The notes under the pieces are model-generated. The model did not search any database. It worked only from the letters and a program-made list of their open reading frames with translations, and had not been told where the DNA came from. A program made the position numbers and the translations under genes. DNA of 63,990 nucleotides, the filler included. It is 4 parts of 4 records of this genome, joined end to end, with 100 filler letters (N's around TTAATTAATTAA, not from the genome) between each part and the next. Parts side by side here need not be neighbours in the genome. Positions count along the whole stretch, not along the records: positions 19,040 to 34,805 come from SRR31156797_2470; positions 34,906 to 63,990 come from SRR31156797_2471; 2 more parts are not named here. One strand, given 5' to 3'. Shown here one piece after another: positions 30,860-40,994 of the stretch. How positions within the stretch are numbered: the stretch's first letter is position 1; the number at the start of each line of letters is the position of its first letter.

Positions 30860-32140
30860 TTACAACTTTTTATCAGTATCTTTTAAAATATTCTTGATAT
30901 CATAAATCACTGTATTAGTACTTAGTTTTATTTCAAGATATTTAAACTCATTATGTGCCACAGCTAATACAACTGCATTGTAAATACTTATATTTAATTT
31001 ATTTTGAAGTTCTAAAGAATACTCATTTTTCACTTGATCTTTGTCTGCCCATGGATCATATACATCTATATTACAGCCAAAAGCTTTTAACTCTTCTATT
31101 ACATCAATTACTCTTGAGTTTCTTATGTCTGGACAATTCTCTTTAAAAGTAATACCTAGAATCAAAACTTTACTACCTTCAATTTTATGTCCTTTTTTTA
31201 TCATCAATTTAATCACTTGATTAGCTACATATATTCCCATATAATCATTAATTCTTCTACCTGCTAAAATAATCTCTGGGTTGTAATTTACACTTTGTGC
31301 TTTATGTGTAAGGTAATATGGATCAACTCCTATACAATGTCCTCCCACAAGACCTGGTCTGAATGGTAAAAAGTTCCATTTTGTTCCAGCTGCTTCAAGC
31401 ACTGCATTTGTATCAATATTTAGTTTATTAAAAATCATAGCAAGTTCATTTACAAATGCAATATTTATATCTCTTTGAGAATTTTCAATTACTTTTGCTG
31501 CTTCTGCAACTTTTATTGTAGGTGCTAAATGTGTACCTGCTGTAATAATACTTGCATAAAGTTCATCTACTTTTTTACCTATTTCGGGAGTGCTTCCTGA
31601 AGTAACTTTTAATATTTTTGTTACAGTATGTTTTTTGTCTCCTGGATTGATTCTCTCTGGACTATATCCACAAAAGAAATCTTCATTAAATTTTAAACCA
31701 CTGTGTTTCTCTAATATTGGCACACAATCTTCCTCTGTTGCACCAGGATAAACTGTAGACTCATATATAACAATATCATCTCTTTTTAAAACTGTTCCTA
31801 CTGTTTCACTTGCTTTTATAAGAGGAGTTAAATCAGGTCTTTTATTTTTATCAATTGGTGTTGGTACAGTTATAATATAGATATTACAGTCTTTTATATC
31901 ATCAACATCTAAAGAAAACTTCATTTTATTTGACAGACATTCATTTACTTGTTCAGTAGACAATTCTTTAGTTCTATCTATACCTTTTCTTAATTCATCT
32001 ATTCTCCAATCTGAAATATCAAAACCAACTACCTTATACTTAAAAGAAAAAGCATGAGCTAAAGGAAGACCTACATAACCCAAACCTATTACAGCTATTT
32101 TACTATTTATCAATTTTAACTCCATTTTTATCGTATCCAA
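30860..32140 (-). CDS. UDP-N-acetylhexosamine 6-dehydrogenase (TviB/WbpO-type)
   Basis: [32 protein letters not shown] and [15 protein letters not shown]. The true start may be slightly downstream (32125 or 32113). Confidence 0.88.
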   Translation of the reverse strand: MDTIKMELKLINSKIAVIGLGYVGLPLAHAFSFKYKVVGFDISDWRIDELRKGIDRTKELSTEQVNECLSNKMKFSLDVDDIKDCNIYIITVPTPIDKNKRPDLTPLIKASETVGTVLKRDDIVIYESTVYPGATEEDCVPILEKHSGLKFNEDFFCGYSPERINPGDKKHTVTKILKVTSGSTPEIGKKVDELYASIITAGTHLAPTIKVAEAAKVIENSQRDINIAFVNELAMIFNKLNIDTNAVLEAAGTKWNFLPFRPGLVGGHCIGVDPYYLTHKAQSVNYNPEIILAGRRINDYMGIYVANQVIKLMIKKGHKIEGSKVLILGITFKENCPDIRNSRVIDVIEELKAFGCNIDVYDPWADKDQVKNEYSLELQNKLNISIYNAVVLAVAHNEFKYLEIKLSTNTVIYDIKNILKDTDKKL

Positions 32141-33188
32141 AAAAATCTAAATACCAATCTATAAATTTATTTACTCCATCTTGGACTGAGGTTGCAGGTT
32201 TATAATCTAGATCTTCAACAAGATCACTTACATCTGCATATGTTGCAGGAACATCACCTGGTTGGATAGGCATCATGTTTTTTTCTATATTTTTTCCTAA
32301 TTTATTCTCTATTGCTTTAATAAAATCCATTAATTTTACAGGGTTGTTATTTCCTATATTGTATATTTTATATGGTGCAGAAGAAGTAGAAGTTTCATGG
32401 TTCCAATTTGGATTTCTTTTTGGAGGATTATCTATTACTCTTATAACTCCCTCTACAATATCATCTACATAAGTAAAATCTCTTAACATCTCACCATTGT
32501 TAAAGACATCGATTTTTTTACCTTCTAGGGCTGCTTTAGTAAACAAAAAAAGTGCCATATCTGGTCTTCCCCAAGGTCCATATACAGTAAAAAATCTTAG
32601 CCCTGTTGTAGATATATCAAAAAGATGTGAATATGTATGAGCCATAAGTTCATTAGACTTTTTACTTGCAGCATAAAGTGAAATAGGATGGTCTACATTA
32701 TGTGAAGTAGAAAAAGGAAGTTCTTCATTTAATCCATATACTGAACTTGAACTTGCGTATGATAAGTTTTTTACTTCATTATGTCTACAAGCTTCAAGAA
32801 TATTCATAAAACCAATAATATTTGAATCCATATATGCATCTGGGTTTGTTAAAGAGTACCTAACTCCAGCTTGTGCTGCAAGATTACATACTGCATCAAA
32901 CTTTTCTTTTTGAAAAAGTTGCATTATTGCTTCTTTATCTTCAAGATTTAATTTTATAAATTTATAATTATTGTCAGAGGTAGAAGTTATTAACTTTCCA
33001 TAAGGTATATTTTCTCCATCTTTTAGACTACTTATAATACCACTTCTTTGAAGTCTTCCATATTTAACATTCTGGTCATAATAGTCATTCATATTATCCA
33101 AGCCAACTACTTTATTACCTCTCTCAAGAAGTTTTATTGCAAGGTGACTTCCGATAAAACCTGCTGTTCCCGTAACTAATATCTTCAT
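32103..33188 (-). CDS. NAD-dependent epimerase (UDP-glucuronate 4-epimerase-like)
   Basis: [23 protein letters not shown] and [15 protein letters not shown]. Confidence 0.9.
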   Translation of the reverse strand: MKILVTGTAGFIGSHLAIKLLERGNKVVGLDNMNDYYDQNVKYGRLQRSGIISSLKDGENIPYGKLITSTSDNNYKFIKLNLEDKEAIMQLFQKEKFDAVCNLAAQAGVRYSLTNPDAYMDSNIIGFMNILEACRHNEVKNLSYASSSSVYGLNEELPFSTSHNVDHPISLYAASKKSNELMAHTYSHLFDISTTGLRFFTVYGPWGRPDMALFLFTKAALEGKKIDVFNNGEMLRDFTYVDDIVEGVIRVIDNPPKRNPNWNHETSTSSAPYKIYNIGNNNPVKLMDFIKAIENKLGKNIEKNMMPIQPGDVPATYADVSDLVEDLDYKPATSVQDGVNKFIDWYLDFFGYDKNGVKIDK

Positions 33189-33191
33189 ATA

Positions 33192-33791
33192 TTAATTTTC
33201 CTTTTTTATATTTCTAAAGAACTGAATAACAAAAATTAAAAATATTGATATTATCAATGATGAAATAAAAGAAACTACGATAATCAACTTTTTCTTCGGT
33301 TTATTTATTGGGTTCTTACTTATTTCTATATTTCCAATCATTTTTGAATCAATTATTTTATCATAATATTTAGTCTTTTCTTTATGCCTTTTAAGAGTAA
33401 AAGAGTAAACTTTTTCTAATGATTTTTTAATATAATCCTTCTCTTTATTTTTAATCAGAACTTCTACTAGATTATTAGTTCTTTTAGGTATATTAATAGC
33501 TATTTCATTTGAAAGTCTATTTTTTATAATAATTTCTTTTAAGTTATATGGATTATCTATTATTGTTGCTTCGTTATACTTATTAAGAACTTCACCTATT
33601 TCAATAAGCATCTTACCTTGATAAATAGGAGTATAATTTTTTATATTAACATATAGTGCAGTAATTGATGTTACTATAAAAACAATAATTAGGATAAAAA
33701 CTTTTTTATTCCAAATTGTTTCAAATAATTCTCTTAAATCTATTTCATCTTCATGCATTGCGTCTTTAGTCCTGATTATTTTGTTTTTCAT
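33192..33791 (-). CDS. wzz: Wzz/FepE-type chain-length determinant
   Basis: EDEIDLRELF..IW, two TM helices and C-terminal PINKPKKKLII. Confidence 0.85.
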   Translation of the reverse strand: MKNKIIRTKDAMHEDEIDLRELFETIWNKKVFILIIVFIVTSITALYVNIKNYTPIYQGKMLIEIGEVLNKYNEATIIDNPYNLKEIIIKNRLSNEIAINIPKRTNNLVEVLIKNKEKDYIKKSLEKVYSFTLKRHKEKTKYYDKIIDSKMIGNIEISKNPINKPKKKLIIVVSFISSLIISIFLIFVIQFFRNIKKEN

Positions 33792-34133
33792 AAGTTTGAA
33801 ATTTTATTATATCTTTACTTTACATGAAATAAATTTTTACTTTAACTTCGATAAAGTCTAATTTTTTAATAACTTTATAAATCGCTACAAAAACTTACAT
33901 TTTCGTTTTTTATCAATAATCCTTCATACCAATAATTATTTTTGTAACACTTGTCATATTTAATAATATTAAATAATTTTTTCAATTCTTATTTTTGATA
34001 CTATATGAATTAATAATATGTAATTTATAAATAAAATATAAGAATAATTAACATTTATTTGTGATTATAATTAAAACAAAAAAAGATTTAAATTTATATA
34101 TAAGAAGGGGTAACGAAGAAAACTATGAGTTTA

Positions 34134-34161
34134 AGTAATTAAGAGAAAACTCTTAATTACT
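34134..34161 (-). terminator. Hairpin/terminator after the HDOD gene
   Basis: Perfect 12-bp stem AGTAATTAAGAG-AAAA-CTCTTAATTACT at the stop codon. Confidence 0.65.
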
Positions 34162-34804
34162 ATTCATCTAAAAGTCTATCTTGTAGTTTTTCAATTGCTC
34201 CTTCTAAAGAAGAAACATCAAGATTATATGCTTGAGCTTTAGCTAATCCTTTTGCTATACTTTCATCAGTAAAACAGTCATTTACGGTACAAATAGTTTT
34301 TATAACATTTAGAATTTTAGTTTTATTTTTAAATTCATCTTCACATTTTTCTACATCATCAACATATTCTATCACATTGATTAAGTTATCACTTAGTTTC
34401 CAGTGCTTGAAGATTTTTGCAGTGATATCTGAAGTTGTCATTCCCACAACTTCTTTTTCTGCTTCTGGGATTGATTTTCCAGAAGCTAAAAGTGCTTTGA
34501 ACTCTTCAGTTTTATTTTCAGATTCTATTAAATCTGCAATTACAAACTTTCCTGATTCTTGAAGTAATGCAGGTAGAACTAACTCTTCTTTCAACTCAAA
34601 TGATACTTTACTTAACCATAAAGAAGTCAAAGTTGTAGCTAGATTTGAAGCTCTCATAAAATCATCACTATTAATTCCATAAGGCTCTAAATTTGTTTTT
34701 AATAGGTTTTGAATAGTTCCACCTATTGCTATTGAAATAGTAAAATTAATCCCTAAAAGATTTATTGCTTTACTTGCTGTTTCAACTTTACTTCTAAATC
34801 CAAA
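34160..34804 (-). CDS. HDOD domain signal-transduction protein, 5' truncated
   Basis: Frame is open to the linker (FGFRSKVETASKAINLLG...), with ALLQESGK and ITAKIFKHWKL. Confidence 0.82.
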   Translation of the reverse strand, partial: FGFRSKVETASKAINLLGINFTISIAIGGTIQNLLKTNLEPYGINSDDFMRASNLATTLTSLWLSKVSFELKEELVLPALLQESGKFVIADLIESENKTEEFKALLASGKSIPEAEKEVVGMTTSDITAKIFKHWKLSDNLINVIEYVDDVEKCEDEFKNKTKILNVIKTICTVNDCFTDESIAKGLAKAQAYNLDVSSLEGAIEKLQDRLLDE

Positions 34805-34805
34805 C

Positions 34806-34905
34806 NNNNNNNNNNNNNNNNNNNNNNNNNNNNNNNNNNNNNNNNNNNNTTAATTAATTAANNNNNNNNNNNNNNNNNNNNNNNNNNNNNNNNNNNNNNN
34901 NNNNN
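34806..34905. other. Artificial contig linker
   Basis: 44 N + TTAATTAATTAA + 44 N. Confidence 0.98.
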
Positions 34906-34948
34906 AAATTTAGTTTTTAGTGGATTGAGCTATTTAGACTCTTTTGAT

Positions 34949-35707
34949 CTAATCTACTTTTGGTAACTTTAAGATCATACTCTCCCCTATCATCAATTTT
35001 TGACTATGCCCTGCTATTAAACCATTTTGTGTAAGAAAATTAATATAGGTATAAGAGTACTCATCAGTTATTATCCCTCTTTTTGGAGAATAAAACCCTA
35101 GTAGTGTCATAGGGGTATTTAAAAGAGTCTTTTGAAGAGTAAAACTTACATGTTTGTTTTGCGATCTTTTTTGATCCTCACTTAAATCACACGCACATGT
35201 TCCACTATATCCACTTAAAATATCATTTTGTTTATAACTGATCACTCGATAAGTATTTGCTTTGATCTTTCCTTCTAGTAAAAAAGGGAAAGGGGAAAAT
35301 GTACTGATCCCATTCTCTTTTGCTACATCTTCAAGATATTCTACAAATTGTTGTTTATTATAGATTGTTGATGGAACTTTTATAGAGATCCACTGTGGAA
35401 CTTTTGCATAGAGTAAAAAAGAGGCTTGATGTTGTAAAGTTTTATCAATAATAAGCTTTCCATTTGAATTTATTGAACTAATATAGGGTTTAGAATCCAA
35501 TATATTGATCTCCCCTTGTAGTTTATCCAATAATCCTACTGCATATAAAGATGAACTATTTTTCAAGTTTTGTAAAGAGATTGTATCTGTTAGACCATAG
35601 TTTTTAAAAACCTCTGTTAAATTTCCAAAGGAGTGTACTTTTTTATCCCATACATTATTGGCAAAAAGAGCTACATTTATACATACTAACAATAAAAGCT
35701 GTCTCAT
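34949..35707 (-). CDS. Exported protein with an acetolactate-decarboxylase-like fold, possibly non-catalytic
   Basis: Signal peptide; LYAVGLLDKLQGEINILD, PFPF..EG and GFYS...IAGH layout resembles the ALDC family. Confidence 0.55.
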   Translation of the reverse strand: MRQLLLLVCINVALFANNVWDKKVHSFGNLTEVFKNYGLTDTISLQNLKNSSSLYAVGLLDKLQGEINILDSKPYISSINSNGKLIIDKTLQHQASFLLYAKVPQWISIKVPSTIYNKQQFVEYLEDVAKENGISTFSPFPFLLEGKIKANTYRVISYKQNDILSGYSGTCACDLSEDQKRSQNKHVSFTLQKTLLNTPMTLLGFYSPKRGIITDEYSYTYINFLTQNGLIAGHSQKLMIGESMILKLPKVD

Positions 35708-35808
35708 TCTTGATCTCTTTTTTCCATTTTTGCAGTTAAATAAGCCAATAATAGTACCACTATTGTCACTACACTAAACCCTATTATCTCACTTTGAAGA
35801 TCACTCAT
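35704..35808 (-). CDS. Small single-TM membrane protein, 34 aa (MSDLQSEIIGFSVVTIVVLLLAYLTAKMEKRDQE)
   Basis: Manual translation; overlaps the downstream gene by ATGA and the upstream gene by 8 bp. Confidence 0.55.
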   Translation of the reverse strand: MSDLQSEIIGFSVVTIVVLLLAYLTAKMEKRDQE

Positions 35809-35965
35809 TTTTCTCTCTTTCTTTTTTTGTTTTGAGTATATTTCGAAGAAGTAAGCCTATAAAAAACAGAGCTATTATTCCATTAATAAAACCATTTAGT
35901 AGATCTCCTTCAGAAAAGAACATAATCGCTAGATATGAAAAAACTAAAGATAATATCAAACACAT
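35801..35965 (-). CDS. Small two-TM membrane protein, 54 aa
   Basis: Manual translation MCLILSLVFSYLAIMFFSEGDLLNGFINGIIALFFIGLLLRNILKTKKEREKNE; fills the operon gap and has a charged C-tail. Confidence 0.6.
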   Translation of the reverse strand: MCLILSLVFSYLAIMFFSEGDLLNGFINGIIALFFIGLLLRNILKTKKEREKNE

Positions 35966-35980
35966 TTTTTAGACTTCTTT

Positions 35981-36277
35981 TTAAGAGACCACTTTCCACT
36001 TTTGCTGTTCAAACTTTGCTTTAGCTTTTGAACATAATGGGGAATTGATTATCACTATTTTTTCATCTATTGATATTTTCGTATACTCTTCAATTTTAGT
36101 AATAATCTTTTCAAAACTTTCTACATCTTTTTGTAAAACTCTTGACTTTTGCTCTGTATATATCATTGTACTTCTATCTTTTATATAGATCTGAAGTTTT
36201 TTTCGTATCTTAAGCTCTTTTGGATTTAATTCTACATACCCCTCTAAACTAATATTTTTCTCTTTCAAAAAATCCAT
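35981..36277 (-). CDS. Hypothetical protein, 98 aa
   Basis: GAGGA RBS and operon-like spacing; alpha/beta pattern weakly like a degenerate PD-(D/E)XK fold. Confidence 0.65.
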   Translation of the reverse strand: MDFLKEKNISLEGYVELNPKELKIRKKLQIYIKDRSTMIYTEQKSRVLQKDVESFEKIITKIEEYTKISIDEKIVIINSPLCSKAKAKFEQQKWKVVS

Positions 36278-36287
36278 TCTTTCCTCT

Positions 36288-36491
36288 TTAGTCTATTTGA
36301 TACAGATCTATACTATTATCAATATGAAAATCTTTATTTTTAGTTTCTTTTTTTGCTACTGAAGTAAGAGTTATTTTACCATCTTCAAGCTTGAGTTCAA
36401 ACTCTTCAGGGTAATCTAGTTGTTTTAAAAGAGTATTTGGGATAATAACTGCTTTTGTCTTTTCACTAAGCTTCGTTAATTTTTGTATCAT
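36288..36491 (-). CDS. AbrB/MazE/SpoVT-family DNA-binding protein
   Basis: KLTKL..TKAVIIP..LLKQL....FELKLEDGKITL swapped-hairpin pattern; AGGA RBS. Confidence 0.7.
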   Translation of the reverse strand: MIQKLTKLSEKTKAVIIPNTLLKQLDYPEEFELKLEDGKITLTSVAKKETKNKDFHIDNSIDLYQID

Positions 36492-36650
36492 TTCTATTTT
36501 CCTACTATTTTTAATATTTTATGCAAATAACAGTTAATAAGTAGTAAATTAAAGAATTATTAATTTTATTAATAAATATTATTTTAATTATTTGTTTTTT
36601 TAATGTTACTTATTATACAATTAAGTAATTTTTTGTAAAGGGAACTCAAG

Positions 36651-38738
36651 GTGAAATTAAAATATAAATATATCTTATTTTATATTTTCTTAGTAGTATT
36701 GTTTATTTCATATGCAAATTATGAAAAGAACCAAAAGATACAAGAGCATCTTCAATTACATACTAAAGAGATACAATTAGAGTACAAAGCTTTATATAAT
36801 GAGTATAAAAACCTCTCCCATGTGATATTTCTTACAGATATCAATAGAGATGAGATCATTAAGATATTTCAAGATGCGTACAAAAGTGATACAGATAAAA
36901 AATCTCTGATAAGAGAAAAACTCTATAAAAAACTCTACACAACTTATGAGCTTTTAAAACAATATAATATTAAACAACTCCATTTTCACCTACCAAATAA
37001 TGAAAGTTTTTTACGTTTTCACCGCCCTAAAAAATATGGAGATGATCTAAGTAATATCAGACATACTGTTGCTTATGTAAATCAACATAAAAAACCAATA
37101 GATAGTTTTGAAGAGGGTCGTATTTATAATGGATATAGATTTGTTTACCCTTTATTTGATACAAATTCTAACCATATAGGAAGTGTAGAGATCTCTTTTA
37201 GTACACAAGCATTTAATGAACAATATCTTAAAGTTTTTGATATGTATACAAACTTTTTAATAAAAAAAGAACTTGTGGAGGGAAAAGTTTTTCAAAGTGA
37301 AAGAGAGAACTATACACAAACAGTATTTTCAAACTATTTGATAGAAAAAAACAATACTTTAGAGTATTTAAAATTTTCACAAAACTCTATTGATATTATC
37401 AATACAACAAATAATGTTCAATCGATCTATGATAAAAAAGCAAATCAAACCATCACTATTTTACCAGTTACAAATAGTTTAACCAAAAAGGTTGCGGGGC
37501 TCTTTATCGCCAATGGAGATGAAAACCACTTAATAAATGCAAAAGAACATTTTTATGTCACGGTATCACTCTTTTCAAGTTTAGTTTTCTTTATCTTTTA
37601 TTTTTTGTATAAGAGTCATTTAAAAAAAATAAAACTAGACTCTATCATCAAAGAAGCGAACAGTGGTATAGGGACTATTGGACTCAATGGAAAATTTAAA
37701 AGTGTGAACCATGTATATTGTGAGCTTTTGGGATATACTGAAGAGGAACTCTTGAACTTAAGCTGTTTAGATCTTACGTACAAAGAGGATATTGAAGCCT
37801 CAAAACTTGCTTTTGATACTGCACTTAAAAAAGGTGAGATATCAAATGTAACAAAACGATGTCAAACAAAATCAGGAGAACTAATAACTTTAGAGATGTC
37901 ATTAAAAAAACTCCCTACCAATGATGAACTTGTAATAGTGATCAATTCTTTAGAAGATAAACTTCAATTGGAAAAACTCAATCAAAATCTTCAATTAGAG
38001 ATCGACCATGCCATAGAAGATATCAGACATAAAGATAATATCCTTTTCCAACAATCAAAAACAGCAGCAATGGGAGAGATGATAGATGCTATTGCCCATC
38101 AATGGAAAACCCCACTTGGAATAATAAGACTCTATGCACAGCAAGTGGAATATATTTTAGAAAATGATAATAAGATCAATAAAAAAGAGCTACAAGAGTA
38201 TATGAAAAATACAAATGATCAAGTGGATCATTTAATCATCACTATTGATGAGTTTCGATCATTTTTTAGACCTAAAACTAATATTGAAGAAGTTCCTTTA
38301 AAAGCGATTATTGATTCTGTTTTAAAACTGATGAAAGATGAACTTATAAAAAATACTATCCTTACTACTATTGAGGGGGAACTTACTGCTACTGTTAAAG
38401 TTATTCCAAATGAGTTTAAACATGTACTTATTAACCTCATTAATAATAGTAAAGATGCCTTTAATGAAAAATCGATCAAAGATAGACAGATCACTTTTAT
38501 CATAAAAGAGGAAGATGATATCGTAAGTTTAGAATTTAAAGATAATGCAGGAGGGATTCCAGAAAATATCATTGATCATATATTTGAAGCGAATATCACA
38601 AGTAAAGAGGAAGGAAAAGGTACAGGGATAGGACTATACCTTACCAAACAGATTATTGAGAAATTTCATGGATTGGTTGAAGTAAAAAATCTTAATAAAG
38701 GAGCACTCTTTACTATTATTTTTAATCCTGTTGATTAA
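36651..38738 (+). CDS. Cache-PAS sensor histidine kinase
   Basis: QLHFHLPNNESFLRFHRPKKYGDDL (dCache_3-like), PAS domain, IAHQWKTPL, DNAGG and GTGIGL. Confidence 0.88.
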   Translation: MKLKYKYILFYIFLVVLFISYANYEKNQKIQEHLQLHTKEIQLEYKALYNEYKNLSHVIFLTDINRDEIIKIFQDAYKSDTDKKSLIREKLYKKLYTTYELLKQYNIKQLHFHLPNNESFLRFHRPKKYGDDLSNIRHTVAYVNQHKKPIDSFEEGRIYNGYRFVYPLFDTNSNHIGSVEISFSTQAFNEQYLKVFDMYTNFLIKKELVEGKVFQSERENYTQTVFSNYLIEKNNTLEYLKFSQNSIDIINTTNNVQSIYDKKANQTITILPVTNSLTKKVAGLFIANGDENHLINAKEHFYVTVSLFSSLVFFIFYFLYKSHLKKIKLDSIIKEANSGIGTIGLNGKFKSVNHVYCELLGYTEEELLNLSCLDLTYKEDIEASKLAFDTALKKGEISNVTKRCQTKSGELITLEMSLKKLPTNDELVIVINSLEDKLQLEKLNQNLQLEIDHAIEDIRHKDNILFQQSKTAAMGEMIDAIAHQWKTPLGIIRLYAQQVEYILENDNKINKKELQEYMKNTNDQVDHLIITIDEFRSFFRPKTNIEEVPLKAIIDSVLKLMKDELIKNTILTTIEGELTATVKVIPNEFKHVLINLINNSKDAFNEKSIKDRQITFIIKEEDDIVSLEFKDNAGGIPENIIDHIFEANITSKEEGKGTGIGLYLTKQIIEKFHGLVEVKNLNKGALFTIIFNPVD

Positions 38739-39523
38739 AGTTCCAGCTCTAAAACAATTGGGCAGTGATCACTTCCCATAATATGGTTTAGTATAGAAGC
38801 ATCTGATACATACTCTTTAAGATCTTCACTTACAAAAAAATAATCGATCCTCCAGCCAACATTATTAGCTCTAGCATTAGCTCTATAACTCCACCAGCTA
38901 TAGTTATGTGGCTCATCTCCATGGATAAGTCTAAAAGTATCAAGATATCCATGATCTAAAAACTTTGTAACCCATTCCCTCTCCATAGGCAAAAACCCTG
39001 AAGTGTCTTCATTGGCTTTAGGACGAGCAAGATCTATCTCAGTGTGAGCTGTATTTACATCTCCACATATAATGATCGATTTTCCCTCTTTTTTTAAAGC
39101 TTCGCAATGAGCTAAAAAGCGATCATAAAACTCCATTTTATATGTAAGTCTCTCCTCTTTACTTTGTCCATTTGGAAAGTATACATTAAAAAAAACTATC
39201 TCTTTATCTTCTAAGCTAAAATGTACTTCATTGATTCGTCCCTCATCTAAAATATCTACTCCCATACAGTTATCTTCATATTTATGTTCTAGATTTGAAA
39301 AAAGAGCTACTCCTGAGCGCCCTTTTATGGCTGATGTGCTTACATGGAGATTTGAGAACTCTTTAGTAAAGATACTATCAGGGATCTGCTCTTTTGTTGC
39401 TTTGATCTCTTGAAGTCCTAAAATATCCACTTGCGTTTCATCTATCCAACGAAGCGCCTCTTTTTTATCTACTGCTCGTACACCATTTACATTCCATGAT
39501 ATAAATCTATATTTTTTTGACAT
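38735..39523 (-). CDS. xth: Exodeoxyribonuclease III
   Basis: SWNVNG, LQEIK, NVYFPNG, GDVNTAH, GWRIDY and SDHCP. Confidence 0.95.
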   Translation of the reverse strand: MSKKYRFISWNVNGVRAVDKKEALRWIDETQVDILGLQEIKATKEQIPDSIFTKEFSNLHVSTSAIKGRSGVALFSNLEHKYEDNCMGVDILDEGRINEVHFSLEDKEIVFFNVYFPNGQSKEERLTYKMEFYDRFLAHCEALKKEGKSIIICGDVNTAHTEIDLARPKANEDTSGFLPMEREWVTKFLDHGYLDTFRLIHGDEPHNYSWWSYRANARANNVGWRIDYFFVSEDLKEYVSDASILNHIMGSDHCPIVLELEL

Positions 39524-39531
39524 TTTTTTCC

Positions 39532-40971
39532 TTATTTTACAACTACTTGGTTCTTTCCATTATTTTTTGCACTATACATCGCTTCATCAGCCCTAGAGAT
39601 AAGCTGATCTAAATTATCATCTTCTTCATATAAAGTGACTCCAAAACTCGCTGTGAGCTTATCTCCTAAGAGATCAAGGAGATCATAATCAGTCTCTAAA
39701 AGATCCCTTAGTTTCTCAGCAATATTTTTAGAATCTTCCAAGGAAGAATCAAAGAGCACTATAACAAACTCTTCTCCTCCCCATCTTGCCACAAGATCAC
39801 TCTGTCTTAAAGTATTTTGAAAGATCTTTGCAACTCTTTTTAAGACAATATCTCCTACTTTATGCCCCTTGGTATCATTAATCATTTTAAAGTTATCAAT
39901 ATCAATAAAAATAATACTCAGATCCTTATGTGTTTTTGCCCTTTTTTGAAGTAAAATTTGCTTTCGTAACTTATCTTCAAAATCTCTTCTATTTGGTATC
40001 TCAGTAAGAGTATCATAATGGGAAAGATACTCTAACCTAGAGCTATAATTTTTAATCAAAAAATATATTATCATCGCTATAACAAATGTGATAGATAAAG
40101 ATAATATAATATTAAAATAAAATATGTTTTTTACATTTTTTGTAAAATCCTCCAAGTTTGCATCAACTGTTAAATACAAATCAAGTTCAGGAATATACTT
40201 TGACTGAAGCATATGGAGTGTCCCATTTTTTTTGTACTCAATTAAATGAGTCTCTTTTGAGAGGATTATATCTTTATAAGAACTCAATGCTTTAACATCC
40301 TGAAGATTCTTATAATCAATGATCTCCTTTTCAGCTAAAACAACCTCCCCTTTTTCATTAAAAAATGTAACGATAAAATTATGATTGATTCGAAAGTGTT
40401 TTAACATATCATTGATATATGAAACTTTTAAAGCAACCCCTGTTGCCCCCAAAAATTGATACTTTGCATTAAAGATCTTATAATTGATAAACATAATAAG
40501 TTCATTGGATAAATTGGTATTAAAGTCCAAATTGATCTCATGATGATTTTGAATATCTTTAAAATTAAAATACCATGCATTTTGTAGATTCTCTTTTTTA
40601 ACTGTTTCTACAAAACCATTTTGTGTATAATAGTTTTTTGTTTTATCAGAGACTAAAAAAGTATTGAACATATTGTATTTATTTTTAATCACTTCTAAAT
40701 ATCGAATAATTTTTTGACTATTTTGTTCATCGTGCAAAAGCCAATCTTGCACAAAAGTATCATTTGCCATCATCGAAGAGACTAGATAAGGTTCGATGAT
40801 CTGTTTTTGAATATCACTATAGATATTGTTGAGTGAGAGTGGTAACGATTGTGTTTTTAATTGTTTCTCCGCATTATCTAAAGAGACAAAATAGTTTAAT
40901 GTTGAGATACACAGTGATAAGACTACTAATAAAAAGGAGATAAGTACTACGATCTTATATTTTGAGTGCAT
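39532..40971 (-). CDS. Membrane-bound sensor diguanylate cyclase
   Basis: Two TM helices with a periplasmic Cache-like domain; DIDNFK..ND..GH..GD; I-site RQSD; active site RWGGEEF. Confidence 0.92.
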   Translation of the reverse strand: MHSKYKIVVLISFLLVVLSLCISTLNYFVSLDNAEKQLKTQSLPLSLNNIYSDIQKQIIEPYLVSSMMANDTFVQDWLLHDEQNSQKIIRYLEVIKNKYNMFNTFLVSDKTKNYYTQNGFVETVKKENLQNAWYFNFKDIQNHHEINLDFNTNLSNELIMFINYKIFNAKYQFLGATGVALKVSYINDMLKHFRINHNFIVTFFNEKGEVVLAEKEIIDYKNLQDVKALSSYKDIILSKETHLIEYKKNGTLHMLQSKYIPELDLYLTVDANLEDFTKNVKNIFYFNIILSLSITFVIAMIIYFLIKNYSSRLEYLSHYDTLTEIPNRRDFEDKLRKQILLQKRAKTHKDLSIIFIDIDNFKMINDTKGHKVGDIVLKRVAKIFQNTLRQSDLVARWGGEEFVIVLFDSSLEDSKNIAEKLRDLLETDYDLLDLLGDKLTASFGVTLYEEDDNLDQLISRADEAMYSAKNNGKNQVVVK

Positions 40972-40994
40972 CTAGATACCTTTAAAAGTTATTA

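Noticed and set aside
33792-34133. Long AT-rich intergenic region as an sRNA, CRISPR array or hidden gene
   Set aside because: No regular repeats, credible ORF or stable structure is visible; it is most likely the promoter/leader of the polysaccharide operon.
9118-34905. Three copies of TTAATTAATTAA flanked by N runs as a biological repeat
   Set aside because: Identical 100-bp synthetic six-frame-stop linkers used to join contigs.
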